64,000 nt of DNA from Candidatus Bathyarchaeota archaeon. GTDB lineage: Archaea > Thermoproteota > Bathyarchaeia > 40CM-2-53-6 > RBG-13-38-9. Below are positions 50,912 to 63,277 of the stretch, piece after piece. The position numbers and the translations under genes are program-made. The notes under the pieces are model-generated. The model had not been told where the DNA came from. It searched no databases and saw only the letters and a list, made by a program, of their open reading frames with translations. The stretch covers positions 896,001 to 960,000 of the forward strand of contig CAWECG010000003.1 in NCBI GenBank assembly GCA_963807605.1. The letters run 5' to 3'. Within the stretch, counting starts at the first letter, position 1, and each line of letters starts with the position of its first letter.

Positions 50912-53900
50912 ATGGCTACAGTATCGGAAGAGACCTACAAGATCGTAGACGGCATAAGATTCTCACTGCTTTCGCCGAACGAGATCAGGAAACTCTCAAC
51001 CGTCGAGGTACAGACGGCAGACACGTACGACGAGGATGGAGTTCCAATAGTTTCAGGTCTTATGGATGGGCGACTGGGAACTCTGGAACCTAGGCAGAAA
51101 TGTAGAACCTGTGGAAATACAGCTATGGCCTGTCCAGGTCACTTCGGCCATATCGAACTTGCGGAACCAGTCATCCACGTATCGTTCGTGAAGCTTATCC
51201 ATCGTCTATTGGCAGTGACTTGTAGAAACTGTGGGAGGATCCTTCTATCGGACGAGAAAATAAAAGAATATGATGATAAGATTAAGGAAGTCAGGGTTCG
51301 CCTGAATACAGTGCCCGAATCCCTGTACAAGAAGATACTCAAACATGCAAAGAAGACCATGGAGTGCCCACACTGTGGCACCCAGCAATATCCAATAGAG
51401 CTCGTCAAACCAACATCATTCCATGAAGCCGTCGAAGGAGGAGCGCCCAAGATTCCTCCAAGCGCAATAAGGGAAAGGCTGGAGAGGATTCCAGACGATG
51501 ATTTAAAGCTTTTGGGAATAGACCCACAATCTGCAAGACCAGAATGGATGATACTTCAAGTTCTACCGGTCCCCCCGGTCAGCGTTAGACCGTCCATAAC
51601 ACTTGAGTCCGGAATAAGATCTGAAGACGACCTGACACACAAACTTGTAGATATAATCAGGATCAATCAGAAACTAGGTGAAGCTCTAGAGTCAGGTGTC
51701 CCCATAAACATAATTCAAGAACTTCACGATCTCTTACAATACCACGTCACCACCTACTTTGATAACGAAGTATCAGGACTACCTCCTGCAAGACACCGTT
51801 CAGGAAGAGCCCTGAAGACCATATGCCAAAGACTCAAAGGTAAAGAGGGAAGATTCAGAGGAAATCTCTCTGGAAAACGTGTGGACTTCTCCGCTCGAAC
51901 AGTCATCTCGCCAGACCTAAACCTAGACATAAATGAGGTCGGGGTGCCGGTCGAGCTGGCTTCAAGACTGACCATACCAGAGAAGGTTACTGACTGGAAC
52001 CTAGAGCAGATGAAACAGCTCATACGTAACGGCCCGGACCAGTATCCCGGAGCACTCTACATCGTCCGAACTGACGGAAGAAGGATCAGGCTAGAGTTCG
52101 TACCCGAGAGGGAGAGCATAGCGGAAGGTCTGCAAGCCGGCTTCATAGTTGAGAGACACATCAAGGACGGCGACATAGTCCTCTTCAACAGGCAACCCTC
52201 ACTGCACAGAATGTCGATTATGGCTCACGCCGTCAAGGTTCTTCCCTTCAAAACCTTCAGACTCAACCCATGCGTCTGTCCACCATACAACGCGGACTTT
52301 GATGGTGACGAGATGAACCTCCATGTCCCACAGGGTGAAGAAGCTAGGACCGAGGCGCGACTCCTCATGCAGGTCCAAGACCAGATACTGTCCCCGCGAT
52401 ATGGAGGACCTATAATAGGCGCGATAAGAGATCTTCTCAGTTCGGCCTTTCTCTTAACAGCTAAAGGAACTCGACTCACAGCAGAGGAGGTAGGGAGGCT
52501 AACTGCCGCCGCAGGTTACGTCGGAGAGCTTCCCGAACCTGATGTTCAAAGGATCAAAACCCACGTGGTCTGGAAAGTCAATATTCAGCCTCTTCATACC
52601 AAAGGGCCTCAACTTCACCTCGAAATCCAACATCTGCAATGTGTACAAATGCCTCGACTGCAAGAAAGAGAAGTGCCCACACGACTCCTACATCGTGATA
52701 AAGGATGGAGTTTTGAAGCAAGGAGTGATAGACAAGAACTCGATAGGTGCAGAGAGATCCGAGAGCCTCTTCCACAGAATCATAAAAGATTATGGATCCA
52801 CAACAGCAAGAGAATTCCTCAATTCCATAGCAAAACTCCTTGACAGATTCATAACCTTGAAAGGATTCACATACGCCTTCGATGAACTTGCGATCTCAGA
52901 AGAGGTCAAAGACAAAATCAGGAAGGCAACTGAGAAAGCTGAAGAAAAGGTCAATGGCCTAATCGAGAGCTACAGGAAAGGAACCCTTGAGAGACTAGCG
53001 GGTCAATCGCTTGAAGAGAGCCTAGAGATATACATAATGAATGAGCTGTCGAGAGTCAGAGACCTTGCAGGTGAATATGCCGACCAGTATTTCCCAGCGG
53101 ATAATGATGGAATAATAATGACGAGGGCGGGAGCAAGGGGCTCAATGCTGAATATAGGACAGATGACGGCTTGCCTAGGTCAACAATCAATCAGAGGCAA
53201 AAGGATCCTTAGGGGATATCGTGACAGAACACTCCCGTTCTTCGAACCTAACGATGCAGGAGCAGAAGCACGGGGTTTCGTCTACTCCTCATACAGGGAT
53301 GGGCTCAGCCCGATAGAATTCTTCTTCCACGCCATCGGCGGCAGAGAGGGCCTCGTCGACACGGCAGTACGAACCCAACAAAGCGGCTACATGCAGAGAC
53401 GTTTAATCAACGCTCTGGAACACCTCAGGGTTGAGTATGACGGCACGGTGAGGGACTCAAGCGGCAACATAATCCAGTTCAAGTACGGTGAGGACGGCAT
53501 CGACACAGCGAAGAGCGACCATGGAAAGGCGGTGAACATTGAGCGGCTGGTTGAAAGAGTCAGACTCTTCTCAGAGAAAGGTGCCGCAGCTAGCAAGAAC
53601 TACATAGAATCCAAGATCGATTTGATTGCAGACAGACTGACTCCAAGCCTAGTTGATGAATTGAGAAGATACCTGCTCGGAGTGAAACTCACACGCAAGG
53701 GCGTTGATCAAGTCCTAAATCTAACTATAGAGAGCTATGTCCGATCGCTAATTGAACCTGGGGAGGCTGCCGGAATAGTCTCAGCACAGTCGATAGGCGA
53801 ACCGGGAACCCAGATGACCCTAAGGACATTCCACTTCGCAGGAGTCAAAGAACAGAACGTAACGCTTGGACTCCCAAGACTCATTGAGATTGTTGACGCT

Positions 53901-54746
53901 AGAAAGATTCCTTCAACACCGACCATGACCATTTATCTTGAGAAGAAATATCGCAACAAGAGAGAAAAAGCAGAGGAGGTAGCCAACGCGATCACATTCG
54001 CAACTCTAGAGGACATCTGTGAGAGTATAGTCTCAGACATAACGAAGATGAAGATTATGGCAACGCTAAGCCCTACAATGATGAAGGAGAGAGCAATAGC
54101 ATTACAAGAGGTTCGTGAAGCACTAAAGCCACCGAACTGCCAAGTCAAGATAGACCGGTTCGATGTGGAAGTAACTCCGAAAGAAATGGAGATACCTCAG
54201 TTCAAACGGTTCGCAACACGCCTAAGGCAGTTCAGATTGAAAGGAGCCCCCTCTGTCAAGCGAGCACTGGTCCTAGAGGATCAAGGCGAATGGATCATAA
54301 GGACCGAAGGCTCAGGTTTGGACTTCGCCCTAGAACTACCCATGGTAGACAAGACAAGAACGATCTCAAACAACGTACATGAAGTCGCAGAGGTTCTAGG
54401 AATAGAGGCAGCGAGGAACGTTACAATCAAAGAAGCTATGGGTGTGCTTGAAGAACAAGGACTCGATGTAGACATCAGACACGTCATGCTGGTGGCTGAT
54501 ATGATGACCAACTCAGGCGTAGTTCTCCAAGTTGGAAGACACGGAATCAGTGGAGAGAAAGCCTCAACGTTGGCGAAGGCTGCCTTTGAGATCACAATCC
54601 CTACAATAGTGGACGCATCAATCAAAGGCACCAGAGATATGCTCAGAGGAGTTGCCGAGAATGTTATCGTCGGCCGACAGATACCTATGGGAACAGGACT
54701 GATAGACGTCTACATGTCAATGCCAGAGAAGGAGACCAACAAATGA
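50912..54746 (+). CDS. rpoA: RNA polymerase subunit A, fused A'+A'' (Rpo1); +1 frameshift at about 52545
   Basis: CPGHFGHI, NADFDGDEMN; second frame continues WSGK..., DTAVRT, YGEDG and runs without a stop into A'' motifs QSIGEPGTQMT, GLPRL and ENVIVG. Confidence 0.95.
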
Positions 54747-55060
54747 TAGACTTCAACAGACAGATTACGATAGCTCTAAAGACTGGAAAGATAGAACTGG
54801 GAAGTCGGAGCGCAGTCACTGCCGCTAAACTTGGAAAGGCACAACTGATAATTCTAGCCACGAACTGCCCAGAGAAGGAGAAGATAGTAAACGACGCTCA
54901 AGGTAGCGGCGTACCGACCTACATCTACAAAGGAACGACTATGGAACTCGGCAGCGTATGCGGGAAACCATTTATAGTTGCCGCAGTAACAGTTAGAGAA
55001 CCTGGAGATTCAGAAATACTTAGACTGGCTGAAAGGGAAGATGCAGTCACAAAGGATTAG
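54743..55060 (+). CDS. rpl30e: 50S ribosomal protein L30e
   Basis: KTGK..LG, ELG.VCGKPF, PGDSEIL; canonical position after rpoA. Confidence 0.95.
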   Translation: MIDFNRQITIALKTGKIELGSRSAVTAAKLGKAQLIILATNCPEKEKIVNDAQGSGVPTYIYKGTTMELGSVCGKPFIVAAVTVREPGDSEILRLAEREDAVTKD

Positions 55061-55478
55061 ACTGAAAGGGGACGAGATGCGGCTTATAGCCCTCTTTCAG
55101 AGCATCACAGGAGCTACTTCAAATGACTGCCTTATAGATGAGGAGAACGATCGCGTCATTCTTGTAGCAAAGAAGGGAGAGATGGGCCTAGCTATCGGAA
55201 AGGCTGGCAGGAACATAAACACTCTCAGGAAGATGACTGGTCGACAGATAGAGGTTGTCGAGGCTGCCGATGAACCTGAACAACTCATAAAGAACTCATT
55301 GGCTCCAGCCAAGGTTAAGGCAATAAGAATAACTGAGAAGTCGGACTCCAAGATCGCTGTCGTTGAGGTTGATGCCAAAGACAAGGCGATCGCAATCGGC
55401 AAGAACGGCAAGACGATAGATAAGACAAGACTCTTGGCCAAGAGATACTTCCAGATAAATCACGTCATAATAGCTTGA
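55041..55478 (+). CDS. nusA: Archaeal NusA (KH domains)
   Basis: MGLAIGKAGRNI, IEVVE, AIAIGKNG. Confidence 0.94.
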   Translation: MQSQRIRLKGDEMRLIALFQSITGATSNDCLIDEENDRVILVAKKGEMGLAIGKAGRNINTLRKMTGRQIEVVEAADEPEQLIKNSLAPAKVKAIRITEKSDSKIAVVEVDAKDKAIAIGKNGKTIDKTRLLAKRYFQINHVIIA

Positions 55479-55572
55479 ACACTGTCTTTTTATCCCAACC
55501 ATTATATTCCCGCGCCAGCGTATTCAGGAAAACGCTAGCAATCCAAGGTGGAGAGGCCTGAAACTTAACGGC

Positions 55573-56469
55573 GTGGAGATAGAGGATACCTTCGCAGAAG
55601 CATTTCCTATGTATATTGGTAGATACTTAGTTACAGCCTCAACCAGACGTTGGGCCCTAGCATCAGCTCAAGAAATGAAAGGTCTAGGGGTCTCAGCAAC
55701 ACTCGGACCCGGAGAAGCAGGGATCGAGCGCGAAGTAACTATTGAAGAGTCACCTGATCACAGACCAGGATATCTATTGAACGTGGGACATAGAGAGAAG
55801 AAAGAACTCAACTACTGGCTGATCGCCAGAATAAGGAAAGGAGTGCTTCCTACTCCTACAACATCAGCCTTCGATGTCATGCCCAAAGAGATGGTTCAAT
55901 ATTACGTTGATGTTAAGGATACGCCCATACAGCTCTTCGGGGATGGATACGAAGAATTAGTTGAGAGAGAGGGACGAGCCGTCTATAAAATCCCGAGGAT
56001 GGATGGCTTCTGCTATATTGAGACAAGATTTGGGGTTGCGCGAGGCATAGGAGGCGGTAACTTTCTAATCTTGGGCGAATCGCAAGGGTCGGCCCTTATG
56101 GCAGCCGAGGTTGCTGTTGACTCCATGAAAGAGGTGCCATACGTATTCAATCCGTGTGCTGGCGGAATAGCCGCATCCGGAACAAAGGTAGGAGGAAAAA
56201 GATACAAAGACGCTGTTGCAACAACAAACGATCCTTACTGTCCAACAATCAAAGACCGGGTTGAGGAGAGTAAGATTCCTCAAGGAGTTAATTGCGTCTA
56301 TGAGGTCTTCATCAACGGCTTGGATCTGACCTCTGTCGAGAAGGCTATGAAGGTTGGGATAAGGGCAGCCACGACAGTAGGTGGTGTGAAGAAGATTTCA
56401 GCGGGCAACTACGGGGGTAACCTCGGCAAGATCCTAATCCCGCTTACCAAAGTCCTAGAAATGCATTGA
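55573..56469 (+). CDS. ftr: Formylmethanofuran:H4MPT formyltransferase homolog (second paralog)
   Basis: [59 protein letters not shown]. Confidence 0.88.
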   Translation: MEIEDTFAEAFPMYIGRYLVTASTRRWALASAQEMKGLGVSATLGPGEAGIEREVTIEESPDHRPGYLLNVGHREKKELNYWLIARIRKGVLPTPTTSAFDVMPKEMVQYYVDVKDTPIQLFGDGYEELVEREGRAVYKIPRMDGFCYIETRFGVARGIGGGNFLILGESQGSALMAAEVAVDSMKEVPYVFNPCAGGIAASGTKVGGKRYKDAVATTNDPYCPTIKDRVEESKIPQGVNCVYEVFINGLDLTSVEKAMKVGIRAATTVGGVKKISAGNYGGNLGKILIPLTKVLEMH

Positions 56470-56504
56470 GAATACTCGGTTCATCAGATGGTTGCCGCAT
56501 AAAA

Positions 56505-57482
56505 ATGAGACTCTACAACTTGAGCTTGCTTATCCTAATGGTTCTACTGGTTTACACTCAGATAATTGGCTGTGGAGCTGTCGAGTCAACTCTGACAATT
56601 CAACCATCGACAGCAGACACATTCGTCAATAGTATGTATCTACACACAAAGTATCCTGAAAATCCTCACGGATACCTTTGGGCTATCTTTGCAGGAAACA
56701 TGTATGTAGAGTACGATTCCTACAAGCTCTACGGATCCGCACGAATCTACATCAAGTTCAACATAACTTCAATCCCAAAAGACGCTCAGATCCTCTCAGC
56801 GAACATGTGCCTCTATATGTACGACCCGCCTAAGACCAGCCAAGAGTTTGAGGCCTACAGAGTGCTATCAGACTGGGGAGAATTCCAGCTAATCTGGATA
56901 AATCAACCACCATCAGCAGATACCCCGACAGCTGCAACAACAATTAATCCAACCCCTAGTGAAGCCTGGATCTGCTGGGACATCACAAATGATCTAAAGA
57001 TATGGCACTCAGGAGCTGCAGAGAACTATGGCACGATGATAAAGATCAAACATGAAATGAACGCGTCGGATCAGCTTGCCTCATTCTATCCAAGACAGGG
57101 CAACCAACCTCTAGGACTGAAGCCCAAACTACTTGTCAGGATCGATTGGTATAAACCAATAACCTCTCCATCCACTCCATCACCCTCGCCAGCAGAGACC
57201 CCAACTCAAACACCGTCACCAAAGCCTCCCACACAAATACTTCCACCAACAAACTCTAACACCGCAACTACAACCATTTCCAATAGTATTCCAGAGCAGA
57301 CCTGTACGACTCAAAGTCCTACCACGCTGACTTCAATAACTTTGATACTGATGATATTAATCGCGGGGACTGTCCTAATTTTGAAAAAGCGTTCAAGAGC
57401 GGCCAACTCAGCAAAGGATAAACCATCAGAAGGATCTAAACCAAACAATTCAACAGAACGAAGCCACAGACAACGTACTTAG
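56505..57482 (+). CDS. Surface protein with a DNRLRE/disaggregatase-like domain, Pro/Thr/Ser linker and C-terminal TM
   Basis: ADTFV, RIYIKFNI..IP..A.I.SA.M.LY, W.NQP, WDIT, NYG, PKL.V; PSTPSPSPAETPTQTP linker; TM + KKR. Confidence 0.75.
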   Translation: MRLYNLSLLILMVLLVYTQIIGCGAVESTLTIQPSTADTFVNSMYLHTKYPENPHGYLWAIFAGNMYVEYDSYKLYGSARIYIKFNITSIPKDAQILSANMCLYMYDPPKTSQEFEAYRVLSDWGEFQLIWINQPPSADTPTAATTINPTPSEAWICWDITNDLKIWHSGAAENYGTMIKIKHEMNASDQLASFYPRQGNQPLGLKPKLLVRIDWYKPITSPSTPSPSPAETPTQTPSPKPPTQILPPTNSNTATTTISNSIPEQTCTTQSPTTLTSITLILMILIAGTVLILKKRSRAANSAKDKPSEGSKPNNSTERSHRQRT

Positions 57483-57763
57483 CAGCAACTCAATATTATA
57501 TGCAGCAGCCCAATTCAAGGCAGTTAAGAGCATTTGTCATGCCAGTCAACCTCAGCCTGCAACTGGCTCTGTAATGTTCTATCACAATCATTGAATACGA
57601 AAGAGCAATGCAGAGGTCATATCTCGGTCTCGCTTCAGTGTGATTCTTAACAATGATGTCTCACATCTACTGAGAAAATTCTCTATCACGTCCTGAAGAA
57701 CAGTTTTTATAACCCGAGCTTGAAAGAGTTGGAAAGCTCGTAAATACACATCCGGGATATGAG

Positions 57764-58201
57764 ATGGGAAAGACTTCCAGGGGATTCTTGGCTGCAAGAA
57801 GGCTCAGGCGCATACGCCAGAACTTAAGGTGGAAGTATCCACCATATAAGAGACGAATGCTTGGACTAGACTACAAAGCCGACCCGCTGCAAGGAGCACC
57901 ACAAGGAAGAGGAATAGTTCTAGAGAAGGTTGGGATTGAGTGTCGCCAACCAAATAGCGCAGTAAGAAAGGCAGTAAGAGTCCAGCTCATAAAAAATGGA
58001 AAAGTAATAACGGCATTCACACCCGGAGACGGGGCTCTGAACTTCATAGATGAACATGATGAGGTTCAGATATGTGGCATAGGCGGTGCTGAGGGCAAGG
58101 CTATGGGCGACATACCGGGCATCAGATACAAGGTCTTCAAAGTCAATAATGTCTCGCTAGAAGCACTCCTTTCAGGAAAGAAGGAGAAACCAAGGCGGTA
58201 G
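57764..58201 (+). CDS. rps12: 30S ribosomal protein S12 (uS12)
   Basis: [41 protein letters not shown]. Confidence 0.97.
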   Translation: MGKTSRGFLAARRLRRIRQNLRWKYPPYKRRMLGLDYKADPLQGAPQGRGIVLEKVGIECRQPNSAVRKAVRVQLIKNGKVITAFTPGDGALNFIDEHDEVQICGIGGAEGKAMGDIPGIRYKVFKVNNVSLEALLSGKKEKPRR

Positions 58202-58338
58202 GCAACACCTCTCTATAGGTGCAACACACACCTTTTGTCGTTTAATTCATCTTCCGTCCAACCCGAATTACAGACCACAATTAGGCACCGGAAAGCTCAT
58301 TTGATTAGTGAGTATCACGTTCAAGTATTCTATTACAT

Positions 58339-58459
58339 GCCGGGGTTGCCTAGAGATTCGTAACGAGTCGGGAAACCAGGTAAGGCGTCGGCTTGCTAGA
58401 GTTCTGCAGAAAGCCGATGACCCTTACGGGTCACGTGGGTTCAAATCCCACCCCCGGCG
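58339..58459 (+). tRNA. tRNA-Ser(GCT) with two introns (D-loop ~15/16 and 37/38)
   Basis: GCCGGGG acceptor; GCCTAG[22-nt 58354-58375]CCAGGTAAGGC; TCGGC-TT-GCT-A[13-nt 58399-58411]A-GCCGA; long variable arm TGACCC-TTAC-GGGTCA; GTGGGTTCAAATCCCAC; discriminator G. Confidence 0.9.
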
Positions 58460-58798
58460 CCTAGACACGTTTTCTGCATTGACCGTATTCGATAATGCTA
58501 TTTTTGTTGATTAGGCGCGCGCTAGTCATGCCAACCTTACGTGATATCATACTTACTGCAGGTCTATCCGTATTCCCTTTTATCCTCCTTGAAGCTCTGA
58601 AATCAGGATTAGAGAGACACAAGGCCCACGCACAGTAGTCAATACAATCCGTTATACTTTTCAATCTGTCAATGGAGTATCCTCGCAGACCTGAGTCTGA
58701 TACAGTGAACTTGGCTCTCAGATAGAAGATCGGTATGAGATAGCAGAAGGTGGTAGTGAATTAGCCCCGGAAATAAAGAACAACGTCAAGAGAAGCGC

Positions 58799-59887
58799 AT
58801 GAAGGCCGCACTGGCGTTAGAGGACGGTACAATCGTTGAAGGATGTGGCTTCGGAGCAGCAGGCTTGGTTCAGGGCGAACTTGTCTTCAACACTTCCATG
58901 ACAGGATACGTTGAAGCACTCACAGACCCAAGCTACGCAGGACAAATACTCATGATGACCTATCCTCTCGTAGGCAACTACGGTGTATGTAGTGAGGATT
59001 ATGAAAGCGATAAAATACAAGTGAGAGGCTTCGTCGTCAAGAATCTATGCAGAAAACCGAGCAACTGGAGAAACGAGAAAAGTCTCGATCAATTTCTAAT
59101 CGAATCCGGAGTTCCCGGTATCGAAGGCATTGACACCAGAATGCTAACTTTGAAGGCAAGGGTTCATGGCACGATGAAGGCCGCTTTGGCCGCCTTCGTA
59201 GAAGAAGAGATGCCAGAAAGGGAAGAGCTTGTTGAGCTGGCGCGGCGGCAACCACATATCTCAGAGGTCGATCTTGTGGACAAGGTTTGCGTGGAAGAAC
59301 CAAAGTCCATAGACGTTGGGGGTAAGTACGACGCCGTAATTATAGACTGTGGTGTCAAGAACAGCATCATAACCCAACTGAAACTACGAGGTGTGAACCT
59401 TCACGTCTTGCCATACGACACTCCTTCAGAGAGGGTGATGGAGTACGATCCTGACGCCGTATTCATATCCAACGGTCCCGGTGACCCGTCTAGAGTGACC
59501 CCAACAATCCGGACAATAAGGGACCTCGTAGGCAACGTTCCGATTGCAGGTATCTGCTTAGGACTCCAGCTCACAAGCCTCGCCCTAGGAGGAAATACCT
59601 TCAAACTCAAGTTCGGTCACAGAGGATCGAACCAGCCTGTAAAAGACTTAGAGACTGGAAGAATCTTCATATCAACTCAAAATCACGGCTTCGCAGTGAA
59701 CTCCGAGTCTCTAGGGGACACCGAACTTGAGCTGACGCAAAAGAACCTTAACGATATGACGGTGGAAGGTATCAGACATAAAGAAATGCCTCTGATGGCT
59801 GTGCAATACCACCCTGAAGCAGGCCCTGGACCGCACGACACTTACTTCTTCTTCGATAGATTTATCAAAATGCTGGAGCGACAGTAG
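58799..59887 (+). CDS. carA: Carbamoyl-phosphate synthase small subunit
   Basis: [39 protein letters not shown]. Confidence 0.97.
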   Translation: MKAALALEDGTIVEGCGFGAAGLVQGELVFNTSMTGYVEALTDPSYAGQILMMTYPLVGNYGVCSEDYESDKIQVRGFVVKNLCRKPSNWRNEKSLDQFLIESGVPGIEGIDTRMLTLKARVHGTMKAALAAFVEEEMPEREELVELARRQPHISEVDLVDKVCVEEPKSIDVGGKYDAVIIDCGVKNSIITQLKLRGVNLHVLPYDTPSERVMEYDPDAVFISNGPGDPSRVTPTIRTIRDLVGNVPIAGICLGLQLTSLALGGNTFKLKFGHRGSNQPVKDLETGRIFISTQNHGFAVNSESLGDTELELTQKNLNDMTVEGIRHKEMPLMAVQYHPEAGPGPHDTYFFFDRFIKMLERQ

Positions 59888-59889
59888 AC

Positions 59890-62800
59890 TTGCCTAAAAG
59901 AGAGGATATAAGAAAAATCCTCGTAATAGGCTCCGGCCCGATAATAATAGGTCAAGCTGCAGAGTTTGATTATTCAGGAAGCCAAGCCTGCAAGGCTCTC
60001 CGTGAAGAAGGCTACAAGGTCGTTTTGGTTAATTCCAACCCAGCCACGATAATGACCGATCCTGGAATAGCTGACAGAACCTATATCGAGCCTTTGACCG
60101 CTGAAGTTGTCGAAAGCATTATAGCGGTTGAAAAACCAGACACTCTTCTCCCAACCCTTGGAGGACAAACAGGGCTTAACCTCGCCACCATACTTGCTGA
60201 GAGCGGCGTCTTGGATAAGTATGGAGTGGAACTTATTGGAGCAAAACTTGATGCCATAAAGAAAGCTGAAGATAGGGAACTTTTCAGAGATTCCATGATT
60301 AAGATAGGTCTCGAAGTCCCTTCAAGTAGCATAGTACGGTCAGTTGAGGAAGCCTCAGCGTTCGCACGCAGACTTGGATACCCCATTGTCGTTAGACCCT
60401 CTTTCACACTTGGTGGTACAGGGGGTGGAATCGCCCATAATATCAAGGAACTAAGGCAGATTGTTGAACATGGATTGGGGCTCAGCTTGATACGTCAAGT
60501 ACTGATTGAAGAGGGTCTGATCGGTTGGAAAGAGTACGAACTTGAGGTTATGAGGGATCTAGCTGACAACGTCGTGATAGTCTGTCCCGTGGAGAACATG
60601 GATCCCATGGGGGTACACACCGGGGATAGTATCACTGTGGCACCCGCTCAGACACTTACTGACGTCGAGTACCAAAACCTCAGGGATGCAGCGATCAAGA
60701 CAATCAGGGAGATAGGGGTTGAGACAGGCGGCAGCAATATTCAGTTCGCTATTGACCCGAAGAACGGGAGGATAGTAGCCATAGAGATGAACCCACGAGT
60801 GTCAAGATCCTCTGCACTTGCCTCGAAGGCCACAGGATTCCCAATAGCCAAGATAGCCGCCAAATTGGCAGTCGGCTACACCCTTGACGAGATTCCCAAC
60901 GACATCACTAAGGAGACCCTAGCATGCTTCGAGCCTACAATAGACTACGTGGTAGTTAAAATTCCCCGATTCGCGTTTGACAAGTTCCCAACTGCTGACA
61001 GTACCTTGACAACTCAAATGAAGAGCGTCGGTGAAGTGATGGCGATCGGCAGGACCTTCGAAGAGGCGCTGCAGAAGGCCATCCGCTCTCTGGAGATAGG
61101 AAAGTATGGTTTGGGGGCATACGCAAGGGACAGGAATCCATCAAAGGAAGAGATACTCCGTAAGCTCAGAATACCAAATCATGAGCGCCTCTTCTACATC
61201 AGGTACGCTGTACGAAAGGGCATTAGTACTGATGAAATCGCTGAACTCACAAAGATCGATCCATGGTTCATCGAGAAGATCAAGAACATTACAAGCATGG
61301 AGCAAGACCTCAAGAACTATGATCTTGCCACAATACCCGACGAGCTTCTGAAGCAGGCTAAAGTACTAGGGTTCTCAGACAGGCAGCTGTCCAATCTTCT
61401 CAAGTCAACTGAAAACGAAGTTAGGAAGAAGAGAGAGGCGAAGAGCATATCCACAGTCTACAAGATGGTTGACACGTGCGCTGGCGAATTCGAGGCTAAG
61501 ACACCATACTACTATTCTACCTATGAGGACAGTAATGATGCCGCGCGAACCGGAAGAAAGAAGGTAGTTATACTAGGCTCTGGGCCGAACAGAATTGGTC
61601 AAGGCATAGAGTTCGACTATTGTTGCGTGCATAGCGTACTCTCACTAAGAGAGGAAGGATACGAGACAGTGATGGTGAATAGCAATCCGGAGACTGTATC
61701 TACTGACTATGACACATCGGACAGACTCTACTTCGAACCCATAACCCACGAGGACGTTCTAAACATTGTTGAGAATGAGAAACCCGAAGGAGTATTCGTT
61801 CAGTTCGGTGGACAGACACCCCTGAACATAACTAAGCAGTTATCAAAAAGTGACGTAAGAATCCTAGGGACTTCACCAGACGCAATCGATACCGCTGAGA
61901 ACAGAGAAAGATTTGCAGAACTACTAGACGGACTGGGCATTCCGCAGCCAGAGAACGGCATTGCGTACAACATTGAACAAGCTACTGCCGTTGCGCGACA
62001 ACTTGGATATCCCGTCCTAGTCAGACCCTCCTATGTCCTAGGCGGAAGAGCTATGGACATAGTATACGATGACGACACTTTGAGGGAATACATCTCTGAA
62101 GCAATCGAAGTCTCCCCTGAGAGCCCAATCCTCATAGACAAATTCATTGAGGATGCCTTAGAAGTTGAGGTGGACGCGCTCAGCGATGGTGAAGAGGTAA
62201 TTCTAGGCGGCATAATGGAGCACATAGAAGAGGCTGGAGTCCACTCAGGAGACTCAGCATGCGTACTTCCCCCTATCAGCCTTAGTGAAGAGATAATCAA
62301 AACAATAAGGGACTATACAAAGAAGATAGCGCTGGCCTTGGGAGTTATCGGGCTGACAAACATACAGTACGCGGTGAAAGACCGAACAGTCTATGTCATC
62401 GAAGCAAATCCAAGAGCCTCCAGAACCGTCCCCTTTGTGAGTAAGGCCACAGGCCTGCCCTTAGCGAAGATTGCTGCCAAACTCATGATCGGAAAGAAAC
62501 TCAGAGAGCTGGGTGTTAAGGAGAGGCTGAACCCAAAACATATGGCTGTGAAAGAGGCTGTCTTTCCTTTCAACAAATTGCCGGGCGTTGATCCCATACT
62601 CGCTCCGGAGATGAAATCAACCGGTGAAGTCATGGGCATCAACTACGATTTCGGAATGGCATATTACAAGGCCGAACTCGCAGCAGGAATGAAACTCCCT
62701 ACTAAGGGTATAGCATTTATCAGCGTAAAGGATAGAGACAAACCAAAGATAATCCAAGTTGCGAAAGGATTGAAGGCCCTTGGATTTGAGATACTTGCAA

Positions 62801-63183
62801 CTAAAGGTACTGCTGAATATCTGAGCGGTGCAGGTGTAGAAGCCAAAGCTGTACTGAAGACAAGCGAAGGCAGACCGAACATAGTCGATTTAGTGATTAA
62901 CGGAGGAGTTGACCTAATAATCAACACGCCACGTGGGAAAGGTCCGAAAAAGGAGGGATACGACATCAGGAGGGCTGCAGTAGAGTATAACGTCCCCTAT
63001 ATCACTACAATTCCAGCAGCATTGGCCGCTGTTAAGGCTGGAGAGGCAATAAGAAAGGGTAAGATGACGATAAAACCTCTACAAGAATACCATATAGAAA
63101 ACGAGGCCACAATACTTCAGGTTGAGAAGGAGCAATTTAACAAAGCCTTGCCGAATCCCAACTTGGCCTCGGAGCGTCTGTAA
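59890..63183 (+). CDS. carB: Carbamoyl-phosphate synthase large subunit
   Basis: [52 protein letters not shown]-like tail. Confidence 0.98.
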   Translation: MPKREDIRKILVIGSGPIIIGQAAEFDYSGSQACKALREEGYKVVLVNSNPATIMTDPGIADRTYIEPLTAEVVESIIAVEKPDTLLPTLGGQTGLNLATILAESGVLDKYGVELIGAKLDAIKKAEDRELFRDSMIKIGLEVPSSSIVRSVEEASAFARRLGYPIVVRPSFTLGGTGGGIAHNIKELRQIVEHGLGLSLIRQVLIEEGLIGWKEYELEVMRDLADNVVIVCPVENMDPMGVHTGDSITVAPAQTLTDVEYQNLRDAAIKTIREIGVETGGSNIQFAIDPKNGRIVAIEMNPRVSRSSALASKATGFPIAKIAAKLAVGYTLDEIPNDITKETLACFEPTIDYVVVKIPRFAFDKFPTADSTLTTQMKSVGEVMAIGRTFEEALQKAIRSLEIGKYGLGAYARDRNPSKEEILRKLRIPNHERLFYIRYAVRKGISTDEIAELTKIDPWFIEKIKNITSMEQDLKNYDLATIPDELLKQAKVLGFSDRQLSNLLKSTENEVRKKREAKSISTVYKMVDTCAGEFEAKTPYYYSTYEDSNDAARTGRKKVVILGSGPNRIGQGIEFDYCCVHSVLSLREEGYETVMVNSNPETVSTDYDTSDRLYFEPITHEDVLNIVENEKPEGVFVQFGGQTPLNITKQLSKSDVRILGTSPDAIDTAENRERFAELLDGLGIPQPENGIAYNIEQATAVARQLGYPVLVRPSYVLGGRAMDIVYDDDTLREYISEAIEVSPESPILIDKFIEDALEVEVDALSDGEEVILGGIMEHIEEAGVHSGDSACVLPPISLSEEIIKTIRDYTKKIALALGVIGLTNIQYAVKDRTVYVIEANPRASRTVPFVSKATGLPLAKIAAKLMIGKKLRELGVKERLNPKHMAVKEAVFPFNKLPGVDPILAPEMKSTGEVMGINYDFGMAYYKAELAAGMKLPTKGIAFISVKDRDKPKIIQVAKGLKALGFEILATKGTAEYLSGAGVEAKAVLKTSEGRPNIVDLVINGGVDLIINTPRGKGPKKEGYDIRRAAVEYNVPYITTIPAALAAVKAGEAIRKGKMTIKPLQEYHIENEATILQVEKEQFNKALPNPNLASERL

Positions 63184-63277
63184 AGTCAACACATAATAAG
63201 AAATATCTGGTTATTTGGATTTTTTCCAACTGCGACATTCATGTATTGCACGCTCACAGACCTACTTACTGAACCTA

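Noticed and set aside
50820-52550. Programmed frameshifting in RNA polymerase genes
   Set aside because: No slippery heptamer or stimulatory structure is evident; sequencing indels are more parsimonious.
57654-57697. Possible C/D box sRNA (ATGATGT...CTGA...CTGA)
   Set aside because: Imperfect C box, no recognisable C' box, and no target could be verified.
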